Positions 9,483 through 18,540 are shown, numbered from the stretch's first letter. The stretch: DNA of 64,000 nt from Bacteriovoracia bacterium (GCA_050246755.1 JBFWVL010000003.1:192001-256000), one strand, 5' to 3'. Numbers and translations are program-made. Notes: generated by a model not told the origin, from the sequence alone.

Positions 9483-11179
9483 AGCCCGGAAAAGCGCGCC
9501 TGCAGCGCCAGGCGCTGGCCTTGCGCAAAATTCCCGGAATAAAAACTCTCTACCGGCTCTGGTACTCGGTAGGACGACGCCTGCTCACCCGCTTCGCGGG
9601 CTCCCACGCGGAGGTGATTTCGGTATACTTGCGCCGCGGCGGCGGCCGAGACGAGCTGGTGCCCGGAGCCAGCGACCTGGATTTTTTCCTCGTGCTGGAA
9701 ACACTTCCCGCCGAGCAGGAAATGGAGTTCCTAAAGCGCTTCTGGGCGGGATACCACCGCCTCCGCTGGCCCTTCCCCTTTCTCGGCGAAGTATTGATGG
9801 GAGACGAGAACGAGCTCCGCGCCTGGCTAAGCACTCCGGGCGCGCGCGCTTACGAAGCTCGTTTCTCCTGGAAACTTCTGCGCGGCAAGGATTGCTTGCA
9901 GGTAGTTCCGGTAAGGCCAGACCTCCGCGATCTTTTTAGCGAAAGCCTCAAGCACTTTTCCGATCTACTGCAGTCGGTGCTCAAATTAAGGCCGGAAGAA
10001 TTCCACGCGGGCATCGCTTCTCACCAGGCGGGCGCCGTGCACCTCCGGCACGCCGCGAAGGCGGCCTTAGATCTATTTCGCTTCCACGCCAGTGCTTTCG
10101 CCCACAACGAGAATCTCTGGCGCGCCTCCCGCCTAACCCTTACCGAAATCCTTCCTCCGGCCTACGGAGCGAATTTACGCGCGCTCCAGCCTATCCTTCG
10201 CCTGGATTCGCGCCCTTTCGGGGAAGATCCTTTCGCGGTCTATTCCGCCCTGGCCCATACCGCGATCCACTGCCTCCATGAGATGGCTTCGGCACTCACG
10301 GCGCGCGGGGAGGAGGAAGCGGTATTTGCCGTAAGCCAAAAGGCGCAGACCGGCTCGGATCCCTATTCTCTATCGGTGAGAGAGCTCTTCGCCGAAAGAA
10401 CGCTATTGCGCCACTCCGAAATTCTAGCGAGCGCGGTCCTTTCCGAAAATACCGCCGCCATGTATTTCACGATGCCTTCACCGCCATCCCTCGAGGAGCT
10501 GCGAGCCTTGATGCTCGACCTGCGTGAAGTGAGCTTTTCCTTCGATCGCCTTAGCGTGGCGATGCCGCTCACCGTGGCCACCTTCCGCGAGCTCGAGCGC
10601 ACTTCCCTGCTCGATTCTCCGTTTCATTCTTTTTGCCGCCAGCGCGAGATCAAGGCCGACGCCGCCGGAAATCTGGAAACGAAACCGTACGAAATGCCAC
10701 CGGCGCGGATTCCGCTCGGCATGCTGCGAAAGACCTTTGCGGAACTGAGCTTCGGCCTGCGGCTCGAGCCGACCGAGCTTCCTCATTTCCTGGATAAGAT
10801 CGTAGGCATGGTGCTTGGCCTGCGGCTCGCGGCCGACCACCGGGAAGTGAGCGCTGATTTTCGCCAGGCTCTTTCCCTTTTCGGAGTCCGCTATCCTCTT
10901 CGCGTGGAGCATCTCAAGGCGAAAATTCATCCCTACGTTTCCGGGGATGCGGAAGAAAAAATCTGGGACGATATCTATTCCCGCTTAGCCGAAGAGCAAG
11001 GCACGCAAGCAGACTTTCTCCGCTCCCAGCTCGGAGAGCTGCGGCGGAAGAACGGCGCTCTTGCCGGATCCCAAAACGCCGTTTCTGATCTCTGGATCAA
11101 CCTCACCCCTTTCTTGCGGATGGAAATGAACGCCATGAAGGAAAAATACTTTGAAGAGCGGCCGGTGCTAAAAATATGA
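9479..11179 (+). CDS. Pol-beta-superfamily nucleotidyltransferase domain protein
   Basis: SVYLRRGGGRDELVPGASDLDFFLV resembles hG[GS]x9-13DhD; 4-nt overlaps with both neighbours. Confidence 0.65.
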   Translation: MKPGKARLQRQALALRKIPGIKTLYRLWYSVGRRLLTRFAGSHAEVISVYLRRGGGRDELVPGASDLDFFLVLETLPAEQEMEFLKRFWAGYHRLRWPFPFLGEVLMGDENELRAWLSTPGARAYEARFSWKLLRGKDCLQVVPVRPDLRDLFSESLKHFSDLLQSVLKLRPEEFHAGIASHQAGAVHLRHAAKAALDLFRFHASAFAHNENLWRASRLTLTEILPPAYGANLRALQPILRLDSRPFGEDPFAVYSALAHTAIHCLHEMASALTARGEEEAVFAVSQKAQTGSDPYSLSVRELFAERTLLRHSEILASAVLSENTAAMYFTMPSPPSLEELRALMLDLREVSFSFDRLSVAMPLTVATFRELERTSLLDSPFHSFCRQREIKADAAGNLETKPYEMPPARIPLGMLRKTFAELSFGLRLEPTELPHFLDKIVGMVLGLRLAADHREVSADFRQALSLFGVRYPLRVEHLKAKIHPYVSGDAEEKIWDDIYSRLAEEQGTQADFLRSQLGELRRKNGALAGSQNAVSDLWINLTPFLRMEMNAMKEKYFEERPVLKI

Positions 11180-12279
11180 AATCAATTTCTTTACTGATCC
11201 CGGTGCTGAACGAAGAGGATAACCTTCCTTCGCTTTTTCGCGCGCTCACCGCTTTGCGAAAAAAGAGCGGATCCCTGGATATTCTCTTCATCGATAACGG
11301 CTCCGAGGACGAGTCTGTCTCCTTGATCGAAAAATTCTGCGTCTCACAATCCGGGGTGCGTCTCGTGCACGAAAAAGAGCGCGGCTTCGCCCAGCCCTTG
11401 AACCGCGGCCTCGCCGAGGCTAAGGGCGAATATTTACTCTTCCTCGATGCCGATGCCTTGCCGGACCCGAATTGGGCTGAAGCCATGCGCGAGGCCCTCG
11501 CCGAAAGCGATGTTGCAGTGGGAGAAACGAGTTCGTTTTTGTCGGGACGCGCTACTCCTTATGGAAAGCTTTCGCTCGCGCTTTTCAAGAATCACTCGGC
11601 TTCTGCCGCAAGGGCCGAGGGCCACGCTCTTCCCTGGGGGCCCACCTGCAACCTCGGAGTGCGAAGATCCGTGTTCAATAAAGTGGACCTCTTCTCTCCC
11701 GAAGCGGGGGGCGCCTTCGATATCGATTGGTGCTGGCGCGCCGTGCTTCAGGGAGCCCGGCTAGCCTATATTCCCGGCGCCAAGGTGAAGCACCGCCGCC
11801 GCAACGAGCGCGAGGCTCTCCTCCACCAATTCGATCGCTATGGCCGCGGCGAAGCTTGGCTGCAGCGCACGTATGCCTTCCTCACTGGCGACGAAAAGAT
11901 CGATCCGCTTCAGGCGAGCCTCGAAGGCTACCAACGCCTAAAGCTGCGAGCCCCAAAAGCCAAGGGCGCCGAGGAAGTGGCGGTGGCCTTCGCCTCGGGA
12001 GTGCGCGCGGGCTATAGCGGATTTTTCCGTCCTTGCCCTTTGCCGCGGCCCCAGCCCTCAAAAGCCGTTTACTGGAATAATGCCGCGAAGGGAGTGACCG
12101 TATTTGTGCCGGGCAAGGGAGTTACGGAATTCGCCGGCAAAGGCCTCAAAGCCTGGGAAGCCGTGCGGAGCGGAGCGAGCGATGCCGAGCTCGCCGCGAT
12201 CATGACCAAACTCTTCCGCGTGCCGGCTAAGCATGCCCTCGCCGAAGCACGCGAATTCAGAAAGGCCCTCAGTGTATGA
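11176..12279 (+). CDS. GT2 glycosyltransferase with C-terminal PqqD/RRE-like domain
   Basis: IDNGSED, FLDADA, LPWGPTCNL (paralog of 8226); C-terminal VTVFVPGKG...AWEAVRSGAS...AREFRKAL follows the PqqD pattern. Confidence 0.78.
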   Translation: MKSISLLIPVLNEEDNLPSLFRALTALRKKSGSLDILFIDNGSEDESVSLIEKFCVSQSGVRLVHEKERGFAQPLNRGLAEAKGEYLLFLDADALPDPNWAEAMREALAESDVAVGETSSFLSGRATPYGKLSLALFKNHSASAARAEGHALPWGPTCNLGVRRSVFNKVDLFSPEAGGAFDIDWCWRAVLQGARLAYIPGAKVKHRRRNEREALLHQFDRYGRGEAWLQRTYAFLTGDEKIDPLQASLEGYQRLKLRAPKAKGAEEVAVAFASGVRAGYSGFFRPCPLPRPQPSKAVYWNNAAKGVTVFVPGKGVTEFAGKGLKAWEAVRSGASDAELAAIMTKLFRVPAKHALAEAREFRKALSV

Positions 12280-14477
12280 AGCCCAAGATGCTGGTACTGG
12301 CAAAAACCTTGCCCCTCCACGACCGCGCCAGCGGAGACTACCGTCTCTTTCAGATTCTGGATATTCTTCGTAAAGACCTCGACATCGATTTCCTCTCCAC
12401 GATGCACACCGCTTACCACAAAGCCGAGAAGCGCCTCGACTATATCGTGCGCGATTCCACGTTCAATTTTAACAAAGTAGATTTTCTCGACCAGAAATAC
12501 ATCGACGATCTGAAAGCTATCGGCGTGAATCCCCTGAACCAGGCCAAGCCGGTTCCGTTCACGATCCGACCCACGAACGACTTCGATATCCGCCCTTTCC
12601 TCGCCGAGAAACAGTACGACATCGTGTGGGTGGAATTTTTCTACTTAGCTGATCAGTATATCAGCGATATCCGCCGTTTTCAGCCGGGCGCGAAGGTGAT
12701 CTGCGATTCGGTGGACCTCCATTTCCGCCGCCTCGCCCGCCAATCGCATTACCTCGAGCAGGGCGTGCGCTATCTGGTGAATTACCGCCACGAAAAAAAA
12801 CAAACGAGCTCGGCCGCCCACAAACAAAAAGTGCTCGACCACCGCAACTACGCCGACCACGTGCGCGAGCACGAGCTTTCGGCCTACGCGAAATGCGACG
12901 CCGTGGTGGCCGTGAGCGAGGACGATCGCCAGGAGATGGCGCGGCACATACCGAACCTGCCCCTGCTGTTCATTCCCAACATTCACCGCGAGCAGAAAAT
13001 CCGCGAAGACCTGCAGCAGCCTTGGGAAAAGCGCCAAGGCTGCGTGTTCGTGGGAAATTTCGACCATAATCCGAACGTGTCCGCCGCCATCTACCTGAAG
13101 CACGAGGTGGCTCCCTTTCTCGCCAGCGACGATATCCGTTTCCAGATCGTGGGCTCGAATCCCCCGCGGATCGTGCGCACGCTCGGGCAATTCGGGCCGG
13201 CGAAAGAAAAATTCGAAGTCACGGGTTACGTGCCCGATACCGCCCCCTACCTCGCCGGCGCACGGGTGAGCGTGGCCCCCATTCTCTTCGGCGCGGGTAT
13301 GAACGGCAAAATCGGCGAAGCCATGGCCGCGGGCTTGCCGGTGGTGACCACTTCGCTCGGCGCGCTCGGCATGGGCCTCACCAACGGTGAGAATTGCCTC
13401 GTGGCCGACGATCCCGAAGGCTTCGCGAACGCGATCCGCGCCCTCCACGACGATAAAATCCTCTGGGAAAAAATCCGCGCGAATGCCTCCGTTTTCTTGA
13501 AAAAATCTTTTTCCCGCCAGGAGCTCGATCGCCACGTGCGCGGAGAGCTGAAGCAGCAGATCGCCGAAGCCAAGCGCGCGAAGGCCGCGGGAAAATTATT
13601 ACGGGCCGTAGCGCGCTTGCCCAAGTCCTCCCTCTCGCTTCCGCCCGCGAATTTTCCGGCTCGCCCGAAGAAACCGAAATTCACGGTGATCATTCTGGCC
13701 TTCAACCAATGGCAGTTCACGGACCTCTGCTTACGCAGCTTGGCCGTGGCCGATAAAAAGCACCCTGAACTGAAGGTGGAATACCTGCTCGTAGACAACG
13801 CATCTTCCGATGGCACAGCCGCCAAGGCCGCCAAGGTAAAAAACCTGCGCATTCTGCAAAACCAGGAAAATCTGGGCTTTGCCGGGGGCAATAATAGCGG
13901 AATCCGCGCCGCTAAGGGCGAGCATATCGTGATCTTAAACAACGACACGATCGTTCCCCCCGACTGGCTCGCGCGCCTCAACCAACACCTCGAAACCATT
14001 CCCGACCTCGGCATCCTCGGCCCTTCGGCCAATACCGAATCGGGCCAAGCCATCTTCGGCGTGCGCTATAATTCAATCCGCGATTTTTTTGAGTACAATG
14101 ATCGCCTCGGCCGCGATCAGGCCGGCGCCTGGGAACGCGTGAAAAAGATTTCCGGGCTCTGCATGCTGCTTCCCCGCGCTACCCTCGATAAAGTGGGCCT
14201 GCTCGATACGGACTTCGGCATCGGCTACTTCGAAGACGACGACCTCTGCCTGCGCGCCGAAGACAAGGGCCTCAAACTGGTATGGGCCAAAGACGTGTAC
14301 GTGCACCACTTCGGCAGCATGAGCTTCGAGGGAAATTCACTGAAGCGGGCAAAGTTCTTGGAAGAAGGAATGGCGCGCTTCGCCTTCAAATGGGGCAAGC
14401 GTGGCCTAGAGCATATCGCCAAGGCCCATAAAGAAACGTTGCTGCGTACCCGTAAACCGAAGACGCTCGCGTTCTAG
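12276..14477 (+). CDS. Bifunctional GT4 + GT2 glycosyltransferase
   Basis: GT4 part FVGNFDHNPN, GAGMNGKIGEAMAAGLPVVTT; GT2 part VDNASSDG, NLGFAGGNN, LNNDT, YFEDDDLC. Confidence 0.88.
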   Translation: MKPKMLVLAKTLPLHDRASGDYRLFQILDILRKDLDIDFLSTMHTAYHKAEKRLDYIVRDSTFNFNKVDFLDQKYIDDLKAIGVNPLNQAKPVPFTIRPTNDFDIRPFLAEKQYDIVWVEFFYLADQYISDIRRFQPGAKVICDSVDLHFRRLARQSHYLEQGVRYLVNYRHEKKQTSSAAHKQKVLDHRNYADHVREHELSAYAKCDAVVAVSEDDRQEMARHIPNLPLLFIPNIHREQKIREDLQQPWEKRQGCVFVGNFDHNPNVSAAIYLKHEVAPFLASDDIRFQIVGSNPPRIVRTLGQFGPAKEKFEVTGYVPDTAPYLAGARVSVAPILFGAGMNGKIGEAMAAGLPVVTTSLGALGMGLTNGENCLVADDPEGFANAIRALHDDKILWEKIRANASVFLKKSFSRQELDRHVRGELKQQIAEAKRAKAAGKLLRAVARLPKSSLSLPPANFPARPKKPKFTVIILAFNQWQFTDLCLRSLAVADKKHPELKVEYLLVDNASSDGTAAKAAKVKNLRILQNQENLGFAGGNNSGIRAAKGEHIVILNNDTIVPPDWLARLNQHLETIPDLGILGPSANTESGQAIFGVRYNSIRDFFEYNDRLGRDQAGAWERVKKISGLCMLLPRATLDKVGLLDTDFGIGYFEDDDLCLRAEDKGLKLVWAKDVYVHHFGSMSFEGNSLKRAKFLEEGMARFAFKWGKRGLEHIAKAHKETLLRTRKPKTLAF

Positions 14478-14986
14478 GGAACGCGCTTGAACTTGCCGTT
14501 AATAAAATTGTAAGTGCGATCGCTAACCTTATCGCTGAATTCACCGCGTTCCGTAATGCGAGTCGTCACGCGTCCACGGCGGTCCATGCGAACGGCGCCT
14601 ACGGAATCCACCGGTAGGTAGTCGGTGTCCGCAGATTTTCCCACGATCATCGGCACGAACTTCTTTTCCTTCGCGCTATACTGATAAATATAGAGACCGC
14701 CCGAGATTGGCGAAAACATCACGCGCACCGCGAAGTCCTCGGAACCGTCTGCGTTGAAATCCTGGATCGCGATCGCGGCCTGGTGGCCTTCGTAATCGAA
14801 AGGCACGAAGTCCTCCTCGATTCTCTGATTGTTCCCCGACGGTAAACGCACGCTGAGCACATATTGCCCCTGCGACTCGCGCATGTTCACCGAGGCTTTT
14901 CCGTTCTCGCCCAAGTTGAGTTCCTCGGCCTGAACGGGGGTGGTCACAAATAGTAGGGCGGCGATCAGCCAAAGCTTTAGCGACAT
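14474..14986 (-). CDS. Secreted protein with DxNxDGxxD motif (XAC2610-like; possible hydrolase inhibitor)
   Basis: Signal peptide; IQDFNADGSEDFAV...LYIYQYSAKEKKF; overlaps the upstream hydrolase gene by 10 nt. Confidence 0.6.
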   Translation of the reverse strand: MSLKLWLIAALLFVTTPVQAEELNLGENGKASVNMRESQGQYVLSVRLPSGNNQRIEEDFVPFDYEGHQAAIAIQDFNADGSEDFAVRVMFSPISGGLYIYQYSAKEKKFVPMIVGKSADTDYLPVDSVGAVRMDRRGRVTTRITERGEFSDKVSDRTYNFINGKFKRVP

Positions 14987-17706
14987 AATTTCATGTTCTC
15001 CATTTTCTGTAATCCGTTAGAAACAACCATATTGCGAACCTTGGCGCGATAGTCGGGCTCCGGGCAATACTTTTGCAGGCCGTTCACCACGTCGCTCCAG
15101 TTCGCCGGAGCGGGCCTGGCTTCACGGATAGCCGACTTAACTAGCGGGTAGTAGTTACGGTTGGGATTGAGAATATTGGCGGCGTACGCATAAACAGAAT
15201 CCTGGGAATCCTTAAACGCCAGGAAGTATCCGCCGCCGGCGTCACGCTCGCGCGGACGATCGCAGGTGCCAATCACCAGCTTTTCCTGCCCGCGGATAGT
15301 TAGGCGGAATGCCTGGGTAGTGCTCGGGCTCCAACAGGAGTGCCCTAATGCATTTTTTGTGGTCATAAATAGATCGGACTTACCCCAGTGCGATTCTAGG
15401 GCCGCCTGCGCGATAATCACGGACGCGGGCAAACCGGTGGCCTCCTGTACTTCAAGGGCGTAGGGAGTCATATAGTCGATGAAGGCGCGCTTCGTCTGTT
15501 CGATCGATTTGAAATTACGGAAGTTCGGCTTCGGGCGACTACGGGTGTCTTCCACGCAACCGCTTTCGCGGCGGGGAATCGGCGCCACTTTCGGTACCGG
15601 GGGCAAACGGCGCTCGAGGATCTCAGCTTCGGCCCGAGGGCGTCCGCGCGGCGCCCGTACCGGTATCTCTTCTTCTTCGTCCTCGTCTTCCAGCGCCACC
15701 GCTTCTTTTATGGTGCGGGGAAGATTTTTCAGCACTGCCTGCCCCTGGTGATCCACCCCGGTGATGCCGCAATTCTTCAGCGAGTTCAGATCCACTTGGG
15801 TTCCGTTCGCGATAGCGTCGAGACCGATCTTCACATCAGCGAAGCAAGCTTCGGATTCACAATACTGAATATTATTTCTCTGCGACCAGGGCATGAAAAT
15901 CCAGCGCACTTCTCCGTCGGCCAGAATTTTCGTGGCCACGCCTTCTTCCGTCTCGTATTGGTTCAGCACGGGATAAAAAGCGCCTTCGTTGCTCTGGAAT
16001 GCGATATTATCCTTATTGTCTTTTTCGAAATCCGGCGTGGTACGCACTCGATACCCGGTGGTATTGATGCGCACGTATTTCGGGATCCGCTTCATCTCGA
16101 GGTAAGTATCGATATCCACCGGCAAGTGCTCCTGCACGGGGGCATCATCGTTCTCTATGATCGGCTCAAACTTCGCGGCGTCTTTGGCGTGAAAGCTTTC
16201 ACCGTAACGGGTTTGGTCTTTCGGCACCACCGACATGCCGGCGGCGGCGGGTTCCACGATGCGGGCGGGAGCCACGGGCGCGGGCACTACGGGGCTCGGC
16301 GCGGTTTCAGGCGGAAACTCGTCGGCGGAAGGGTACATGGCTCCCTCTCCTTCGATGCGGGGAATATTTTCCAGGTTCTGCGCGCTGCCTACTCCCGAAG
16401 GAATAATTTCTTCCACTTCCGCCGGGGGAACAGTAGGTTCTTCGGCGGGATACATCGCGCCTTCGCCTTCGATGCGTGAAATTACCTTTAATTTTGGCGC
16501 GGTGCCTACGGGGGCCGGCACTATTTCCTCAATCTCTGGAGAAGCAGTAAAGGCCTCGGGCGCAACGGCATCTCTCGCCGTTTCGCTGATGGGAGGAAGA
16601 ATTGGAGCATGTTCACTCACTGCGGGAGCTTGCGCCGATACCTTATTATCCGCACCGATTTCGGGAGACCAAGGCTCCACTTCCTCTACAGGAGCAGGCC
16701 TACTAACTACGGCCGAGGCCCCTGGCTTCGCCGGAATCACGGCTTGCGGGCGCTTGCCCTTATCACCTTTGTTATAGTCGGTATCAAAGTCATCTCCGGG
16801 AGAGGGCGGAACGATGCCCACTACGCGCTGGCCTTTGTCGCCCTTACCGGTGTCTTTATCATTAGGAACGATCACGGGAACCGGCTTACGGCTAGAACCC
16901 GAGCTGGGCGGAATTACCGCCCGGGGGCGTTTTCCTTTGTCGCCCTTACCGGAATCGAAATCATCGCGGGGAGCGGGAGGCACAACCACTACTACGCGCT
17001 TGCCCTTATCGCCCTTGCCGGAATTAGTTTCGGAATCATCTTTCGGCGCGGGAGGCACAACTACCACCACGCGCTTGCCCTTATCGCCCTTGCCGGAATT
17101 AGTTTCGGAATCATTTTTCGGCGCGGGAGGCACAACCACTACTACGCGCTTGCCCTTATCGCCTTTACCCGAGCTAATCTCGGAATCATCTTTGGGCGCC
17201 GGGGGAACTACCACCACCACGCGTTTACCCTTATCTCCCTTTTCGCTCACGCGCGGGACGGGCGGCGGCAGGATTGTGGTCACCGTTTCTTTTTTTCCGT
17301 CGTCTTCTTCATCGTCAAAAAATTCCTCTTCGGCCGGCACGGGAGGCAAAATCGCTTTTACGCGCGAATTTTTCTTGGCCGAATCCACGGTGCGCACCGG
17401 GGCCTTCATCAAAATAAATTTTACAGCCTTTTTCTTCTCCGCTTTTTTCTCCGTCTTCTTCTTCGCAAGAGGCTTCACGGTCGCGGGCAGGGGCATTTTC
17501 TGCTTGGAAATTTTAACCGCCGTATTTTTCTTCGTAATCGGCTTCACGGGTTCGGCATGGCCCTCGCCATTGGCGGGTGCGTTCACTTCTCCCTCGATCT
17601 CATTGCCGAAATCGTCGGTAAGATTCGTAACGGGTGCCGCGAACGCCGGAGCCGTCCAAAAACTCAGGAGCAGAAATATTGCGACGCTGTTCTTAACCAC
17701 AAACAC
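14977..17706 (-). CDS. Secreted repeat-rich protein with C-terminal GH73 glucosaminidase (FlgJ-like) domain
   Basis: Signal peptide; Pro/Lys-rich repeats; SH3b-like segment; FIDYMTPYA...LPASVIIAQAALESHWGKS...NALG...YCPEPDY. Confidence 0.8.
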   Translation of the reverse strand: MFVVKNSVAIFLLLSFWTAPAFAAPVTNLTDDFGNEIEGEVNAPANGEGHAEPVKPITKKNTAVKISKQKMPLPATVKPLAKKKTEKKAEKKKAVKFILMKAPVRTVDSAKKNSRVKAILPPVPAEEEFFDDEEDDGKKETVTTILPPPVPRVSEKGDKGKRVVVVVPPAPKDDSEISSGKGDKGKRVVVVVPPAPKNDSETNSGKGDKGKRVVVVVPPAPKDDSETNSGKGDKGKRVVVVVPPAPRDDFDSGKGDKGKRPRAVIPPSSGSSRKPVPVIVPNDKDTGKGDKGQRVVGIVPPSPGDDFDTDYNKGDKGKRPQAVIPAKPGASAVVSRPAPVEEVEPWSPEIGADNKVSAQAPAVSEHAPILPPISETARDAVAPEAFTASPEIEEIVPAPVGTAPKLKVISRIEGEGAMYPAEEPTVPPAEVEEIIPSGVGSAQNLENIPRIEGEGAMYPSADEFPPETAPSPVVPAPVAPARIVEPAAAGMSVVPKDQTRYGESFHAKDAAKFEPIIENDDAPVQEHLPVDIDTYLEMKRIPKYVRINTTGYRVRTTPDFEKDNKDNIAFQSNEGAFYPVLNQYETEEGVATKILADGEVRWIFMPWSQRNNIQYCESEACFADVKIGLDAIANGTQVDLNSLKNCGITGVDHQGQAVLKNLPRTIKEAVALEDEDEEEEIPVRAPRGRPRAEAEILERRLPPVPKVAPIPRRESGCVEDTRSRPKPNFRNFKSIEQTKRAFIDYMTPYALEVQEATGLPASVIIAQAALESHWGKSDLFMTTKNALGHSCWSPSTTQAFRLTIRGQEKLVIGTCDRPRERDAGGGYFLAFKDSQDSVYAYAANILNPNRNYYPLVKSAIREARPAPANWSDVVNGLQKYCPEPDYRAKVRNMVVSNGLQKMENMKLCR
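16320..16540 (-). repeat. Two copies of an EEI(V/I)P...RIEGEGAMYP unit in the GH73 gene
   Basis: Visible in the translation; boundaries approximate. Confidence 0.7.
16745..17241 (-). repeat. Intragenic 75-nt (25-aa) tandem repeat; seven KGDKG motifs in total
   Basis: KGDKGKRVVVVVPPAP(K/R) x4 with a 75-nt period (e.g. 17001 vs 17076), plus three degenerate copies. Confidence 0.9.
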
Positions 17707-17858
17707 CTCGAATCGTATGCCAAGGGACTAAGGCCCTTCCTACCCTTCGGTATTCCTTGAAATTTTCGGAAGAAAAATCATCCGTTTTCGATCGCGAAAA
17801 TAGGATTACCCAGGCCGCCTACACGGAAACCGCCAGGTAAAAACCGCGAAAATACGAT

Positions 17859-18527
17859 TTAGGACTTTGGAAAGAGCGTGGGAACTTCGAGGCCGAGCGC
17901 GCCGAGCCCTACACGGTAAGCCTGGGAAGCTCGCCAGAGCAGCAAGCTGCGCCGGCCGCCGAGGAAGCGGTCTTTAAGCTCGTGAGTAAACATAAAAGCT
18001 TGGGCACCCAGAAGATAATAGCGGAAGCGGGATTCTTCCAAGGACCATTTCCGGAAAGAAATATTACGGCCGCGTGGGTCTTTGGCTCCCTCTACCCTTC
18101 CCAAAATTCTTTCGGCCGTCACGAGGGAGGCGGAAAAAGTATTGTCGCCCGCTTCGAGAAAAAGATTTCCGGTACGGCCGATTAGGCGGTGCACCCGAAG
18201 CTGCGCTTCTCCGCTGCGCGCACGCGCCTCCACCACGATGAGATCGCCGGGCGACAAAAATTCAGGATTTATTTTTCGGTAGCGGATGCGGTAGCCGGGC
18301 CGTAAGATCGGCCACATCGAGACGCCCTCCACCACGGCCTCTTCAGTTTTGCGTGAAGCCTGGGGGGCAAGAGACTGGACAAAAAGTTTGGTAGCGAGCC
18401 TTTCGTGCCGCGAATGTTTTCGCGCCGATTGCTGGCTAGAAGTAAGCGTGGACCCGTTTGATCTTTTCGTATTTCGTGAGGGTCGGCTTTTGGTAGGTTT
18501 TTTTGGACTTCCCAGTTTTTTTGACAT
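17859..18527 (-). CDS. S24/S26-family peptidase (Ser-His type); start uncertain (ATG 18527 or GTG 18335/18332)
   Basis: VEGVSMWPILRPG, GDLIVV, VHRLIG, AGDN, ILGRV. Confidence 0.8.
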   Translation of the reverse strand: MSKKLGSPKKPTKSRPSRNTKRSNGSTLTSSQQSARKHSRHERLATKLFVQSLAPQASRKTEEAVVEGVSMWPILRPGYRIRYRKINPEFLSPGDLIVVEARARSGEAQLRVHRLIGRTGNLFLEAGDNTFSASLVTAERILGRVEGAKDPRGRNISFRKWSLEESRFRYYLLGAQAFMFTHELKDRFLGGRRSLLLWRASQAYRVGLGALGLEVPTLFPKS

Positions 18528-18540
18528 TTTCCTTCGTCAT
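18436..18540 (-). CDS. Putative RiPP precursor peptide, 34 aa (lasso-type YxxPxL leader), absent from the ORF track
   Basis: Hand translation MTKENVKKTGKSKKTYQKPTLTKYEKIKRVHAYF*; AAGGA RBS 8 nt upstream, overlapping the PqqD stop codon. Confidence 0.78.
   Translation of the reverse strand: MTKENVKKTGKSKKTYQKPTLTKYEKIKRVHAYF

Noticed and set aside
16745-17241. CRISPR array
   Set aside because: Repeats are in-frame 75-nt coding units with synonymous variation and no unique spacers; no cas genes
17707-17725. Sigma54 promoter (TTGGCATACGATTCGA, minus strand) before the GH73 gene
   Set aside because: The -12 dinucleotide is GA rather than GC, and the site abuts the start codon
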